A stretch of DNA of 64,000 nucleotides. Source: Alphaproteobacteria bacterium. Lineage in GTDB: Bacteria; Pseudomonadota; Alphaproteobacteria; UBA7887. The DNA is taken from the NCBI GenBank assembly GCA_965216755.1, contig CBDCGL010000011.1, forward strand, positions 160,001 through 224,000, given 5' to 3'. Below, one piece after another: positions 20,770 through 32,530 of the stretch. The notes under the pieces were generated by a model that was given only the letters and a program-made list of their open reading frames with translations, searched no databases and was not told where the DNA came from. The number at the start of each line of letters is the position of its first letter. Position 1 is the first letter of the stretch. Both the position numbers and the translations under genes were made by a program.

Positions 20770-22152
20770 TCACAACAGCTGACGAAGCTTCCGCAATGTT
20801 GGCAGCGCCGTTGTGACAATTGTGTCGCGGTCGACATGTCGGCCGTCGGAAACCACGTGACGCCCGGCGGAAAAAACGTCGCGGACTAACCGATCATCGG
20901 CGGCAAATATCCATGCGTCCAACAACCTGTCGCCGTCTACGCCGGATAACGCAAGTGCGTTCCCGTCCAAAGCCACAAAGTCCGCTAACCTGCCTTCGGC
21001 AATGGCGCCGGACGCCCGGCCGATTGCTTGGGAACCACCATGCGAGCAAGCGTCGAAAAGCGCACGTCCAACTGAGCCACCCTTGGGTGCCAATTGTCCG
21101 CGGCCACGACGGCTCAGCCTCTGCGAATATTCAAGCGTGCGCAATTCTTCCGACAGTGAAATGCGAACATTTGAGTCCGAGCCAATTCCAATTCGCCCGC
21201 CGGCAATCATGAATTCGACGGCCTCATATATTCCGTCGCCAAGGTTGCTTTCGGTAATCGGGCACAAGCCGACCACCGCACCACTGTTTGCCATTGCGTG
21301 CAACTCCTTGGCTGTAACATGGGTTGCGTGAACCAAACACCAGCGCTGATCGACCTCGTGGTTTTCCATCAACCATGACATGGGTCGACGGCCATAGGCC
21401 GCCGAGACTTCGTCGACTTCTCGCTCTTGTTCCGCGATATGTAGATGCACGGGTGCGCCCGGCAAGAGCGATGATGCCCAAGTTAAGTCGCCTGGAGAAA
21501 CGGCTCTTAGGGAATGGGCTGCGACGCCAACAGTGCTGTCTTCATCGAGCCCGGATATGGCGCCGAGACATGATCCGAGCACCGCTTCGAAACGATCACG
21601 ATCGCATCCGAACCGCCGCTGACCGCTGGATAGTGCACGCCCATCCAATCCGCCGCGGCTATAGAGCGCCGGTAGAAGCGTCAACCCAATGCCGGTGCGG
21701 GCAGCCGCGGCAACGATGCGCGATCCCATTGTGCCGATATTGTCGTAAATGCTGCCGTCCGGCTGATGATGCAGGTAATGAAATTCTCCGACCGCGGCAT
21801 AGCCGGACTCCAACATCTCCATTTGCACAAGCGCGGCGATGATCTCTATGTCTTCGGGTGTCAAAAGCGCCACAAGTCCGTACATGAATTCACGCCAAGA
21901 CCAGAAGTCGTCTTGGCTTGTTGACCGATGCTCGCCCAGCCCGGCCAATGAACGCTGGAAAGCATGGCTGTGAAGGTTAGCCGGCGCGGGCAACAGGACT
22001 TTGCCAGAGAGTCTTTCGTCGTCCGCCTCGGGCTTCGAATCTGTGTGGACTGCTGAAATCCTTCCGTTCGGACCAACCACAATTCGAACATCCCGGAACC
22101 AGCCAATTGGCAACAGCGCACGGTCAACGAACAGACTTGTCACACGCCGCAT
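20770..22152 (-). CDS. hutF: Formimidoylglutamate deiminase
   Basis: NLHSHAFQR, DDFWSWRE, VGEFHYLHH, HSLRAV, CPITESNLGDG, GSDSNV. Confidence 0.93.
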   Translation of the reverse strand: MRRVTSLFVDRALLPIGWFRDVRIVVGPNGRISAVHTDSKPEADDERLSGKVLLPAPANLHSHAFQRSLAGLGEHRSTSQDDFWSWREFMYGLVALLTPEDIEIIAALVQMEMLESGYAAVGEFHYLHHQPDGSIYDNIGTMGSRIVAAAARTGIGLTLLPALYSRGGLDGRALSSGQRRFGCDRDRFEAVLGSCLGAISGLDEDSTVGVAAHSLRAVSPGDLTWASSLLPGAPVHLHIAEQEREVDEVSAAYGRRPMSWLMENHEVDQRWCLVHATHVTAKELHAMANSGAVVGLCPITESNLGDGIYEAVEFMIAGGRIGIGSDSNVRISLSEELRTLEYSQRLSRRGRGQLAPKGGSVGRALFDACSHGGSQAIGRASGAIAEGRLADFVALDGNALALSGVDGDRLLDAWIFAADDRLVRDVFSAGRHVVSDGRHVDRDTIVTTALPTLRKLRQLL

Positions 22153-22173
22153 TTTGTGATCTCTCTTGACATT

Positions 22174-22189
22174 ACATGTATATACATGT
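22174..22189. promoter_or_regulatory. HutC operator in the divergent hutF/hutI promoter
   Basis: Perfect 16-bp palindrome ACATGTATATACATGT containing the HutC-type core TGTATATACA; TTGACA at 22166-22171. Confidence 0.85.
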
Positions 22190-22212
22190 CACTTTAGCTG
22201 TAATTCTCGAGC

Positions 22213-23445
22213 ATGCAAAAGGTTCTCTGTGGCATGGAAAGACATGCATTTGTTAGTGCCTTTGTTGCAACAATGCAGCCGTATGGCAATCCCTATGGCT
22301 TGATTGAGAATGGTTGCGTCGTGGTCGATGGCAGTATGGTTGCGTGGGTTGGGCCGCAATCTCAGGTGCCAAAGGCATATGCAACATATCCAAAGAGAGA
22401 CTTCGGGCCTCGCTTGATTGCGCCAGCCCTGATTGATTGCCACACGCACTTGGTTTACGGCGGCGACCGATCGCGCGAATTCGAGCTACGCTTGGAAGGC
22501 GCGTCGTACGAAGAAATCGCGCGCGCGGGCGGCGGCATCGTGTCAACTGTCAAGGCGACGAGGGAGGCGACTGAGGATGACCTTCTCAAAGTTGCCGTTA
22601 CACGGCTTGATGCTTTACTTGCCGATGGTGTCGGCACGGTTGAGGTAAAATCGGGTTACGGGCTCGAGACCGAGACCGAGCTCAAAATGCTGCGAGTCGC
22701 GCGCCGGCTCGGCGAGATGCGACCGGTCAACATCATGACAACGTTTCTGGGGGCTCATACTGTGCCGCCCGAATTCGGTGATCAGGCCGACGCCTATATT
22801 GACCTGGTTTGTCGTGAGATGATGGACGCTGTTGTGGCGGCCAATTTGGCCGACGCGGTGGACGGGTTTTGCGAGTCGATCGCGTTCACGCCGGATCAAA
22901 TTGCCAGGGTATTCGATGCGGCCAGAAAGCACGGGTTGCCCATCAAGCTGCACGCTGAACAGTTGAGCAATCTCGGCGCCGCCGCGTTGGCAGCTCGCTA
23001 TGGAGCCCTGTCGGCGGACCATCTTGAATATTTGGGCGCCGACGGCATTGACGCCATGGCTGGAGCGGGTACCGTTGCCGTGCTCTTGCCTGGCGCCTTC
23101 TACGCGCTCAGGGAAATCCAACTGCCGCCGGTCGATGGCCTTCGCGACGCGAAGGTACCAATCGCGATTGCCACGGATTGCAACCCCGGTTCATCACCGC
23201 TGGTCTCGCCATTGTTGGCTATGAATATGGCCTGCACGTTGTTTCGTCTCACGCCCGAAGAAGCTTTGGCCGGCCTAACCCGCAATGCGGCTATGGCGCT
23301 TGGGCTTGGCAAAGGCGCCGGAACGATTGCGCCCGGGGCGCCTGCCAACCTCTCAGTCTGGGATGTGTCTTCGCCCGCGGCGCTGGCCTACATGATCGGA
23401 CATCGGCCGTTACACGCGCGCATACATGGGGGGCGAATTGTCTAA
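22213..23445 (+). CDS. hutI: Imidazolonepropionase
   Basis: [51 protein letters not shown]. Start may be 22234. Confidence 0.95.
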   Translation: MQKVLCGMERHAFVSAFVATMQPYGNPYGLIENGCVVVDGSMVAWVGPQSQVPKAYATYPKRDFGPRLIAPALIDCHTHLVYGGDRSREFELRLEGASYEEIARAGGGIVSTVKATREATEDDLLKVAVTRLDALLADGVGTVEVKSGYGLETETELKMLRVARRLGEMRPVNIMTTFLGAHTVPPEFGDQADAYIDLVCREMMDAVVAANLADAVDGFCESIAFTPDQIARVFDAARKHGLPIKLHAEQLSNLGAAALAARYGALSADHLEYLGADGIDAMAGAGTVAVLLPGAFYALREIQLPPVDGLRDAKVPIAIATDCNPGSSPLVSPLLAMNMACTLFRLTPEEALAGLTRNAAMALGLGKGAGTIAPGAPANLSVWDVSSPAALAYMIGHRPLHARIHGGRIV

Positions 23446-24988
23446 GCCAATCTTGCTCACGCCAGGAACCACCAAGTTGGCAACGCTCGAGCACATTTTT
23501 CGCGGGGACGAGCCTGTTGACCTGGATCCGAGTTGTCGCTCCGGGGTCGATCGTGCTGTTGCGGTCGTGCGCGATGCGGCAGCCGGCGATGAACCCGTGT
23601 ATGGCGTCAACACTGGATTCGGCAAATTGGCGCAGGTGCGTATTGCCGCTGACAAGACCGCGGATTTACAGCGGAACCTCATCAGGTCTCATTGTTGCGG
23701 TGTCGGTCCGTCGCTGCCCACAGCGGTCGTTCGCCTCACTATGGTGCTGAAGATTTTGTCGCTCGGACGGGGCGCATCAGGCGTACGTTGGGAAATAATC
23801 GCGCTTCTACAGAATATGGTCAACGCTGGTGTCACGCCGGCTATTCCTGCCCAGGGATCGGTCGGTGCGTCGGGAGACCTCGCGCCATTGGCCCACTTGA
23901 GCGCTGTGTTGGTTGGGGAAGGGCACGCGGTCTATCGTGGCGAAGCATTGCCTGGTGGTGACGCATTGCGTGCGGCCGGTCTATCGCCGGTCGCACTCGG
24001 GCCGAAAGAAGGACTGGCGCTGATTAACGGGACGCAGGTATCGACGGCGTTGGCACTTGTGGGGCTATTCGATGCATGGCGCATGGCAATGGTTTCGTTG
24101 GTGACGGCGTCGTTGTCCACTGACGCAATGAAGGGGTCGACTGCGCCTTTGCGGCCAGAACTTCACGAGCTACGTGGCCATTGTGGCCAAATTGACGCAG
24201 CGCGCGCCATGCGGGCGATGCTCGCTGGTTCCCAAATCCGCGAATCTCACCGCGACGACGACGACCGCGTTCAGGATCCGTATTGCATTCGCTGCCAGCC
24301 CCAAGTCGTCGGCGCGGTTATCGATTTACTTCGCGCACAGGCAAGGATACTGGAAGTGGAGGCCAATGCCGCAACAGACAATCCGCTGGTGGTTGCTGAT
24401 AACGGCGACATTCTGTCTGGCGGTAATTTTCACGCTGAGCCGGTCGCGTTTGCCGGTGACATCATCGCTTTGGCAATTGCCGAAACGGGCTCGATCGCGC
24501 AAAGGCGAATTGCCCTTTTGGTTGATCCCACAATCAACCATCACTTGCCACCATATCTGACGCCGGATCCCGGGATCAATTCCGGCTTCATGATCGCCGA
24601 AGTGACCACTGCGGCCCTGATGAGCGAGAATAAGCAGCGTGCGGTACCATGTTCGGTTGACTCAACCCCGACCTCAGCGAATCAGGAAGATCATGTATCT
24701 ATGGCGTGTCACGGCGCCCGCCGGCTGACGCCCATGAACGACAATCTCGGCGGTATTCTGGGTGTTGAACTTCTCGCGTCCGCGCAGGGTATTGAGTTTC
24801 GCGCGCCGCTTGCAACAAGCACAATCCTGCAAAACGTCATGACGATTGTCAGAAGCGTTTGTGCACCACTTGCGGAAGATCGCGCGCTTTCAGACGATAT
24901 CACGCAAGCTGCCGAGTTGGCCCGCTCGGGCGCGATTCTAGAGAGCTTGCCGGTCGACGTGCTGCCCAGATTCGATGCCGGGTCGTGA
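23438..24988 (+). CDS. hutH: Histidine ammonia-lyase
   Basis: [21 protein letters not shown] (MIO-forming ASG), [27 protein letters not shown]; TTG start overlaps the hutI stop. Confidence 0.95.
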   Translation: MSKPILLTPGTTKLATLEHIFRGDEPVDLDPSCRSGVDRAVAVVRDAAAGDEPVYGVNTGFGKLAQVRIAADKTADLQRNLIRSHCCGVGPSLPTAVVRLTMVLKILSLGRGASGVRWEIIALLQNMVNAGVTPAIPAQGSVGASGDLAPLAHLSAVLVGEGHAVYRGEALPGGDALRAAGLSPVALGPKEGLALINGTQVSTALALVGLFDAWRMAMVSLVTASLSTDAMKGSTAPLRPELHELRGHCGQIDAARAMRAMLAGSQIRESHRDDDDRVQDPYCIRCQPQVVGAVIDLLRAQARILEVEANAATDNPLVVADNGDILSGGNFHAEPVAFAGDIIALAIAETGSIAQRRIALLVDPTINHHLPPYLTPDPGINSGFMIAEVTTAALMSENKQRAVPCSVDSTPTSANQEDHVSMACHGARRLTPMNDNLGGILGVELLASAQGIEFRAPLATSTILQNVMTIVRSVCAPLAEDRALSDDITQAAELARSGAILESLPVDVLPRFDAGS

Positions 24989-25115
24989 ACACGGTCGATT
25001 ACAAGTTCGGCCGTTCGCGAGGCGTCTTTGTCAAATGGTCTTTCGTTACCGACGATCGATCAAAGTCCGGGCGCTTGGCATCCAGGCCGATTGGTTCTGA
25101 AGACAGGAAAAATGG

Positions 25116-26783
25116 ATGAATGATCGACGGAAAAACGTCCGCTCAGTCTGCGCGCCACGCGGGTTGGAATTGTCGGCCAAGTCCTGGCAGACAGAAGCGC
25201 CCATGCGCATGCTTATGAACAATCTCGACGCCGATGTCGCGGAGAATCCAGGCGAACTTGTCGTCTATGGCGGCATAGGTCGGGCCGCTCGGAGTTGGAC
25301 TGATTTTGATCGAATCGTCGCCTGTCTCAAATCGCTGAATGTTGATGAAACACTTTTGGTGCAATCTGGCAAACCGGTCGGTGTCTTCAAGACACACGAA
25401 GATGCGCCGCGTGTGCTGATTGCCAACTCAAACCTTGTCCCTCATTGGGCCAATTGGCGTCATTTCGCCGAGCTCGACCGAAAAGGCTTAATGATGTATG
25501 GACAAATGACAGCAGGCTCATGGATATACATCGGCACCCAGGGAATTGTCCAAGGGACTTACGAGACCTTTGCGGAGGCTGGTCGCCAACACTATGATGG
25601 GGATCTGAACGGAAAGTGGATCTTGACCGCCGGTTTGGGCGGCATGGGTGGGGCCCAGCCGCTTGCCGCTGTTTTTGCCGGCGCATGTTGCCTGGCTGTC
25701 GAATGTGACCCGGATAGAATTGATTTTCGTCTGCGCACCGGCTACCTCGACGAGAAATCTGATAGCCTCGACGAAGCACTCACAATGATTGCGCGCTGGA
25801 CAGCCGCAGGGAAAGCGAAATCCGTCGGCCTCTTGGCCAACGCCGCGGACGTTTTTCCGGAAGTGGCCGAACGGGGCCTCCGCCCCGATATTGTGACCGA
25901 CCAAACGTCCGCCCACGATCCCGTCAATGGCTATTTGCCGAGCGGTTGGTCCTTGGCCGACTGGCGGGAAAAACGGGAAACCGATCCGAACGCGGTTGAA
26001 ATCGCTGCGCGCGCATCGATGAAGATTCACGTCGCCGCGATGGTGGAGCTCTTCAAGTCGGGTGTCCCGACTTTGGACTACGGCAATAATATTCGCCAAA
26101 TGGCGCTGGAAGAGGGGCTTGAAGACGCCTTTGCATTTCCCGGATTTGTTCCGGCATATATCCGACCCTTGTTCTGTCGCGGGATCGGTCCGTTTCGGTG
26201 GGCGGCATTGTCCGGAAGCCCCGATGATATTTTTAGGACCGATGCTAAGGTCAAAGAGTTGCTCCCGGAAGACACGCATTTGCACAAATGGCTTGATATG
26301 GCGCGCGAGCGCATTTCGTTTCAGGGTCTACCGGCACGAATTTGTTGGGTCGGGCTGGGCGATCGCCACCGGCTCGGACTGGCATTCAATGAGATGGTGG
26401 CATCGGGTGAACTTGAGGCGCCGGTTGTCATCGGGCGCGATCACTTAGACGCGGGGTCGGTCGCGTCGCCCAATCGTGAGACGGAATCAATGAAGGATGG
26501 ATCGGACGCCGTGTCCGACTGGCCGCTGTTGAATGCCTTACTCAATACCGCGTCAGGTGCAACTTGGGTGTCGCTGCATCACGGTGGCGGCGTCGGCATG
26601 GGTTTCTCGCAACATGCGGGTATGGTCATTTGCGCTGATGGTACCGCCGCCGCGGCGCGCAAGCTTGAACGTGTGCTATGGAATGATCCAGCGTCTGGGG
26701 TCATGCGGCATGCCGATGCCGGCTATCAAACGGCCATCGATTGTGCTCGGAAGCACAAGCTCACTCTGCCCAGTGTCATGTGA
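25116..26783 (+). CDS. hutU: Urocanate hydratase
   Basis: [49 protein letters not shown]. Confidence 0.97.
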   Translation: MNDRRKNVRSVCAPRGLELSAKSWQTEAPMRMLMNNLDADVAENPGELVVYGGIGRAARSWTDFDRIVACLKSLNVDETLLVQSGKPVGVFKTHEDAPRVLIANSNLVPHWANWRHFAELDRKGLMMYGQMTAGSWIYIGTQGIVQGTYETFAEAGRQHYDGDLNGKWILTAGLGGMGGAQPLAAVFAGACCLAVECDPDRIDFRLRTGYLDEKSDSLDEALTMIARWTAAGKAKSVGLLANAADVFPEVAERGLRPDIVTDQTSAHDPVNGYLPSGWSLADWREKRETDPNAVEIAARASMKIHVAAMVELFKSGVPTLDYGNNIRQMALEEGLEDAFAFPGFVPAYIRPLFCRGIGPFRWAALSGSPDDIFRTDAKVKELLPEDTHLHKWLDMARERISFQGLPARICWVGLGDRHRLGLAFNEMVASGELEAPVVIGRDHLDAGSVASPNRETESMKDGSDAVSDWPLLNALLNTASGATWVSLHHGGGVGMGFSQHAGMVICADGTAAAARKLERVLWNDPASGVMRHADAGYQTAIDCARKHKLTLPSVM

Positions 26784-26869
26784 GCGGCTAAATTTGTCGT
26801 GACACGACGTCGGGTATCGACAAGGGGCGATCGGAGTTTGTTGTTGACGTTGGCACGGTGGTTCGCGCG

Positions 26870-27592
26870 ATGACGGACCCGGCACCGCTCTACGAAGTGG
26901 TAAAGCGACACATTACGGATGGTATAGTTTCGGGCAAGTTTGCACCCGGATCGAAACTTCCTTCGGAAAAGGAACTGGTTGAGGCGTTTGCCGTATCTCG
27001 CATGACTGTAAATCGCGCGCTTCGAGAACTTGTGCGGGATGGCGTCATCTTCAGAATGCAAGGTGTTGGTTCGTTCGTATGCGAAACGAACCGCGCGACG
27101 TCTTTGGTCGAAGTGCGCGATATACGAGAGACTATTGCGGAACGCGGCGGTGTCTATTCGTGCCGAATACTCAAAGGAAAAGGTACCCTGACAAACGCCG
27201 ATTTCGTCGAGCTATTTGATTGTGTGCCGAAACCCGCGATTTCAAGCTTGACCCTCGTTCACTTTGAGGATGGTCAGCCTTTGCAACTTGAACGTCGATT
27301 CGTACGTCGCGATTTTGCGCCGAATCTATTGAAACAAGATTTCACAAAAATATCTTTGTATAGCTATCTACAAACGATTGCACCGATTTCTGAATTGGAG
27401 CACGTTGTCGAAGCGGTACAACCAGATGCCATCGAGCAGGAAAGTCTGGCGCTTGCTCCGGCACAGCCGGTGCTTCGGATCAGGCGACGGACCTGGGTGG
27501 GCCACAATGTCGTGACTGTCGGCTTCTTCTCGCATCCGGGTAACCGATACCGCGTCGCCGTTCGGATGCGGCCATCCGACGTCGGCGTCTAG
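26870..27592 (+). CDS. hutC: Histidine utilization repressor (GntR/UTRA)
   Basis: LPSEKELVEAFAVSRMTVNRALREL...QGVGSFV; UTRA domain with EHVVEA, RRTW, HPGNRY. Confidence 0.9.
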   Translation: MTDPAPLYEVVKRHITDGIVSGKFAPGSKLPSEKELVEAFAVSRMTVNRALRELVRDGVIFRMQGVGSFVCETNRATSLVEVRDIRETIAERGGVYSCRILKGKGTLTNADFVELFDCVPKPAISSLTLVHFEDGQPLQLERRFVRRDFAPNLLKQDFTKISLYSYLQTIAPISELEHVVEAVQPDAIEQESLALAPAQPVLRIRRRTWVGHNVVTVGFFSHPGNRYRVAVRMRPSDVGV

Positions 27593-27646
27593 AGTAGGGT
27601 CCGACAATATTGAATCAATTCTGTTTCCTGCCCGGCACGAAGGTCG

Positions 27647-28552
27647 CTAAATGCGCGCCCTGTTTAGCCAGACTGACAGGTCCCGCTGCGTAATTTCGGC
27701 CAAACGTCTAATCTGGGGCGCCATGTGGCTGCGAATTTCCGCTTCCAGTTCTTCTGAGATTGGGACGCGTTTTGTCGGCTTTGAAAGCTTGCGCGACAGG
27801 CGGCCGGCCAAGTCTCTGCCGCCCAAGCCGAGCATCTTTTTGGCCACCGACGCGATTCGCGGAGGCCGCTGCAGAAATCGGGCTAACAGGCGGGATCGGT
27901 GAATCTTGTTCTCATTGATACGCGGGAATTCGGTACGACCATCCGAGGGTAGCTCAAGATGTCCAAGCGCCTGCATATAAACATCTAGGGTCGATTTCTT
28001 GAGATCATCGTGAAACAGGACTTTAACCTGTTCCTTTGGAAAAATGCTCCACACGCGTTCCAACTGATCGGCGAAGCTGGCAACAGCCGCGTATTGCAAA
28101 AGTGTCGGTTCCAATGATGTCTCGGGAATGTGATGGCCCCCGGCGCGATCCGACTGCAATGCCCAGGCACGACCGAGATCTGGCTCCGATTCCTCAAATG
28201 TGTACAAGAGCTGCGAATGTAACGAGGCGATCATTTGAACCGGGTCTCGGAACATCACCAAAATCCGGGCGTCCGGGTTGAACGCGTGGATGTTCTTTAT
28301 GGCCTCGTGCGAGTAAAGGTACATCACCGAAGCTTCGCCAAGGCGCGTATGCTGTGCGCCACTTTCGGCGAACAGGCCCAAATACGCATCGCGGTCGCGC
28401 ACATAGGTCGGTCTTTGCAAATCGGTCGCGAAATGGTGCGGTTCTTTGCGCTGTGGCATGTAAATGTTCGGGTGCTGGCGCAGATAGAAGTATAGCGCGC
28501 TCGTGCCACACTTTGGTGCGCCAGCGATAAAGAAGTTTGGCTTATGGTCCAT
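27647..28552 (-). CDS. PAPS-dependent sulfotransferase
   Basis: 5'-PSB motif GAPKCGTSAL..LRQHP, KEPHHF, GEASVMY, 3'-PB motif RDP....S. Confidence 0.88.
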   Translation of the reverse strand: MDHKPNFFIAGAPKCGTSALYFYLRQHPNIYMPQRKEPHHFATDLQRPTYVRDRDAYLGLFAESGAQHTRLGEASVMYLYSHEAIKNIHAFNPDARILVMFRDPVQMIASLHSQLLYTFEESEPDLGRAWALQSDRAGGHHIPETSLEPTLLQYAAVASFADQLERVWSIFPKEQVKVLFHDDLKKSTLDVYMQALGHLELPSDGRTEFPRINENKIHRSRLLARFLQRPPRIASVAKKMLGLGGRDLAGRLSRKLSKPTKRVPISEELEAEIRSHMAPQIRRLAEITQRDLSVWLNRARI

Positions 28553-29063
28553 ATCGATGTTCAGCCGGCTGACGGAGCATATGATCGCCGTTATGTGCGA
28601 TTTAGAGATCTAGCATATATGGCGTAGAAAACGATCGGTTCAGCGTCGAGATCGGAAAAAAAAGAGGGTGACCAGGGTCGTTGAGACAGCGGCCGCGTGT
28701 AAGCATGGCATTCTTGTGCTTCAGGACAATCGCCTCGGGCGCCCAAGCGATGGCGGGGTAAGATCGCACTGCGACACTTGGAGCCAGTCATTTTTACGAG
28801 AATTATCCCGCAATTGTGCTGGAATCCAAATTCCTTGTTCCAATGGAATCTATCGCAATCGTCGCCATGCGCGGTGTAGATTCACTCCGGTTCGGTGCGT
28901 TTCCGGCCGTAGTGGGCGCATTCACACAGGCGCCTGCGTTCCAGATCGTTGGGTTCTGGTTGTGAAGGCCGTGAGCAAGCGGAAGATGACCGTGGGGACA
29001 GAAAACAACGCATTGTCGTAAGACGGGGGGCGTTCATCACTTACAGGAGGATTTCGGTGGCTC

Positions 29064-31397
29064 ATGTTCGCTCGCCATCACGGGCAAGCGGACACCCGCG
29101 ACGCTTTCAGGGAATCCGGCAGCTCGGCGGCTGTCTCGGCGCGAATCGCGTATGGGTGCAGGGCTAACGCGCCCCATGTGGCTCCTGCTCAAACCTTTTC
29201 ACTCATGTTAAGGGTTGCGTCTTCGGCCGGTTTGACGGCGGTAAGACAGGGTGCCCGATGGTTCGCAGGCCTGATCGCCGTGCTTGTTGCGGGTGTGACC
29301 GTCCTGTCGCTGCTTGGGTTTGCGCCATATGTCCTTTCAGCGACCGAGGTTCTGTGGCTGACACTCTTTGTCATTGCTGGCGCGGTCGTTGCCGTGACGC
29401 TTGGCGGTCCATGGATCTGGCCGGGGATTATCGCGGCATCGCTGTTGGTGGGCTTCATCTCGCAGCTGGTCTTCACGGAGCCCCGCGGCTTTCAAGCTAT
29501 CGATGTTCAGGCGCGACTAACGATCGAGAAGCTCGCGATCCTTGCTATCGTCGCGCAATCGCTGGCCGCGATCATCTTTTTCCTATCCGGTACACGTTTC
29601 GCCAAGGTCGCCCGCCAGATTCGGACCTTTGGCTTTTGGCGGCTCGCACTTGCGCTCGCCCTCACGATGCTGGTTTCACTAAGCATCATGCAATATGTGC
29701 GTGACTGGGACCTCGTGGCGCTGGGCATCCACGCCTTGTACGCGGTTGGCTTCCTCTTACTCAATTGTGTGTCATTGCTCGCACTGTGTCTTTCGACGCC
29801 TGCGTCATCACTTGACACAATCGCAGGTCCGATCGGACGAAACCTTAGCTTGCCGGGCGCGCCGGAAGGCACGCGTCGGCTTGACAAATACGTGCCGCTC
29901 GTCGCTGCACTCTCGGTGTTTGTCCTTTCGGTGTTGCTCAGTTTCTTCGCATTTGAGCGGCTACCTCATGTTGAGGACGAGGTCGCCTACATATTCCAAG
30001 CGCGATATTTCGCGATGGGGGATCTCGCGATTGATGCCCCCCCATTTCGCGAAGCGGTCGACTACTACTTGCTAAATTTCCAGGGTGATCAATGGTTTGC
30101 GACAACGCCGCCCGGATGGGCGCTTGTCCTCAGTCTGGGCGCATTAGTCCACTTGGAGTGGCTCGTTAATCCCGTGCTTGCGGCGGCTTCCGTATTGCTG
30201 GCACACGCCTTGATACGCCGAGAGTGGGGACGCGGCGATGCCAACCTCGGCGTGACGCTGATGGCATTTTCGCCCTGGTTTGTTGCGATGTCTGCCACCT
30301 TCATGAACCACACATTGACTGTGGCTCTACTCTTGGGATCGTGGTTGTCGCTCAGTCGATCGCGGGAGACGGGGTCGGTTTGGTGGGCCCTGCTGGCTGG
30401 AGCGCTGATGGGGCTCTTGTTTCTGACCCGACCATTGGACGGACTTATCGTGGGCGTTTTGACTGGCCTTTGGCTGTTGGCTGGCGCAGTAAGGCGAGAT
30501 GGTTGGGCGTCGGTGGTGACCTACGGAATCGGTTGCCTGGTGATCGGTGGGTTCGTCTTTCCATACAATATGGTTTTGACCGGAAACGCGCTAGCCACAC
30601 CGCTCAATCTGTATATCGACGCCTTGTGGTATCCAGGCGCCAATCGATTTGGGTTCGGTTCAGACATTGGGCCGCCGGATTTGTGGGGCACTGTTGATCT
30701 ATATCGCGGCCACAACATCCTTGAGGCGGGCGTTACGACGCAACACAACGGCTATATGCTCAACTACGAACTCTTCGGCTGGACAATTGGTTCCTTGTGG
30801 TTGGTCTTGGTTCACGTGATGTGGGGCAAATGGACGCGAAAAGATATCTCCATGTTCGTGATCGTGTTGGCCGTGATTTCTATCTATGCCTTATATTGGT
30901 TCAGTGGCGGATTCTATATTGGTCCACGCTATTGGTTTATCACGTTCATTCCCCTAGTCATTCTGTCGGTTCGTGGGCTGGCAGCCGCACGCGCGCGACT
31001 CGCCGCAGTCGACCGCGGGTCGTCTGCCGGCAGCCGGCTAGGTGTTGTTGTCGTGGCCTTGGTCGTCATATCCGTGGTTGCGTTTTTGCCGTGGCGTGGC
31101 GCGGCGCGCTATTGGGAGCTTCGCGGGGCACACAGCGACTACCGTGACCTCTTGGGCGCCAACGACCTGGACGGCACGTTGGTGTTTGTCAGTGACACCA
31201 ACGATGCGGACTTTGGTAGCGCGTTCTTTCTGAATTCGCCTGATTTGGCATTATCGCCCACGATTTTTGTACGGGACATGGGCGGTGAAAAGAACCAAAC
31301 CGTGATTGATGCGTTTCCGACCCGACAGGTCTACTACGCACAAGGCCGACCCGGAACCGGCACGAAAGTCACCATTCGTCCAACGTCCGATCAATAG
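29064..31397 (+). CDS. Large polytopic GT-C fold glycosyltransferase (ArnT/PMT-like)
   Basis: Many TM helices; PHVEDEVAYIFQA acidic loop, PPGW, LTRP, GPRYW. True start may be ~29206. Confidence 0.7.
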   Translation: MFARHHGQADTRDAFRESGSSAAVSARIAYGCRANAPHVAPAQTFSLMLRVASSAGLTAVRQGARWFAGLIAVLVAGVTVLSLLGFAPYVLSATEVLWLTLFVIAGAVVAVTLGGPWIWPGIIAASLLVGFISQLVFTEPRGFQAIDVQARLTIEKLAILAIVAQSLAAIIFFLSGTRFAKVARQIRTFGFWRLALALALTMLVSLSIMQYVRDWDLVALGIHALYAVGFLLLNCVSLLALCLSTPASSLDTIAGPIGRNLSLPGAPEGTRRLDKYVPLVAALSVFVLSVLLSFFAFERLPHVEDEVAYIFQARYFAMGDLAIDAPPFREAVDYYLLNFQGDQWFATTPPGWALVLSLGALVHLEWLVNPVLAAASVLLAHALIRREWGRGDANLGVTLMAFSPWFVAMSATFMNHTLTVALLLGSWLSLSRSRETGSVWWALLAGALMGLLFLTRPLDGLIVGVLTGLWLLAGAVRRDGWASVVTYGIGCLVIGGFVFPYNMVLTGNALATPLNLYIDALWYPGANRFGFGSDIGPPDLWGTVDLYRGHNILEAGVTTQHNGYMLNYELFGWTIGSLWLVLVHVMWGKWTRKDISMFVIVLAVISIYALYWFSGGFYIGPRYWFITFIPLVILSVRGLAAARARLAAVDRGSSAGSRLGVVVVALVVISVVAFLPWRGAARYWELRGAHSDYRDLLGANDLDGTLVFVSDTNDADFGSAFFLNSPDLALSPTIFVRDMGGEKNQTVIDAFPTRQVYYAQGRPGTGTKVTIRPTSDQ

Positions 31398-31413
31398 GGA
31401 CGGGCTAACAGGC

Positions 31414-32316
31414 CTACGACAGCCATGCCGACAAGTCGCGACCAATCAGCTTTTCCAGATGTCTGATGTCGTTTTCCAAGTGACCGATTAAGATGGCGCG
31501 CGCCGCATCCGATATCGTCGGGCGCACCAAATTCCTGTTCGATACGGCTTCCCTGACGCGTTGCTTGATTTGCCGAGGGATCAATCGCCCAAATAACATT
31601 GATGCGACATTCGGTCTCATGACGAAGTCTTGCAGGAACTTGTTCTTCGGCAGGCCGCCGACGTTCGCACGTTCGAACTGTTTCAGTGAAAACGAACAGT
31701 CGACTCCAATGAAGTTAAATATTACTTCCAGAACATTTTGAGGATCTTCAGTGAAATCTTCGTACAGAAAGATCTTAATTTGCGAATCTGGAAATAATTT
31801 GTAGTATCGTGTTAATTGATCATAGTAACGGGGGAAATTGCTGTACTGGAACAATGGCTGCCAGTTGGCTATTTTTCTTTGTTTCTGTTGATTCAGCGCG
31901 TCCTCGAAATTTTCCAAGGGTTCAAGAGCTTGTCGTTTGGCATAAAGGAAATGCGAAAAGGCCTGGTCAATCGGATTTCGAAGTATCGCCATGAGTTTCA
32001 CGTCTGGAATATGATTGTAAATACGTGCCGCGGCCTTGGGGCTGTAAAGATAAAGCGGTGATGCCTCGCCGCGCGCAAGGTAATCAATGCCGCCCGCAAA
32101 TAGTTTCTGATAGGCGTCCAATGTAACAGTCGAATTGTTGATATAGTCAGCGCCGGGACCGGCGCATTTGAGAGTTTCTCCCTCGAACGCGAAGAAATTT
32201 GGCTCCTTGCTGGGGCTCATGAAGATGTCAGGATGTTGCCTTAGGTAGTTGTATAGGGCGGTGGTGCCCGACCTGGCGGCCCCGATGACAAGAAATGTTG
32301 GCATGTTTGGTAACAT
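31414..32316 (-). CDS. PAPS-dependent sulfotransferase
   Basis: GAARSGTTALYNYLRQHPDIFMSPSKEPNFF, GEASPLY, LRNPIDQAFS. Confidence 0.9.
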   Translation of the reverse strand: MLPNMPTFLVIGAARSGTTALYNYLRQHPDIFMSPSKEPNFFAFEGETLKCAGPGADYINNSTVTLDAYQKLFAGGIDYLARGEASPLYLYSPKAAARIYNHIPDVKLMAILRNPIDQAFSHFLYAKRQALEPLENFEDALNQQKQRKIANWQPLFQYSNFPRYYDQLTRYYKLFPDSQIKIFLYEDFTEDPQNVLEVIFNFIGVDCSFSLKQFERANVGGLPKNKFLQDFVMRPNVASMLFGRLIPRQIKQRVREAVSNRNLVRPTISDAARAILIGHLENDIRHLEKLIGRDLSAWLS

Positions 32317-32530
32317 GATCCGCGCCTATGCCTTCGGAACTTGTTAATGGATGTGCGTTGATCGCACAGGGCAACATAGATTGGCGACATGGCGTCGTCC
32401 ATTGCCATTTCCGTTTTGCCGTGGGATCCATACACTGGAAGAGCATTCGACCATACTTGCCAAGCAAACTGCGCGTTGTTACGGTGTCGTGTGATGCACC
32501 AATTCTTCTCTAGAGTTTCGATAAATCACG

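Noticed and set aside
26851-26866. Possible sigma54 promoter before hutC (TGGCACGGTGGTTCG)
   Set aside because: The -12 element is TTCG rather than TTGC, and it is too close to the start codon.
28656-28663. A8 run in the sulfotransferase/GT-C divergent region as a phase-variation tract
   Set aside because: Too short and not clearly within a promoter spacer.
28668-29021. 117-aa ORF upstream of the GT-C gene
   Set aside because: No recognisable motif or RBS, and atypical composition.
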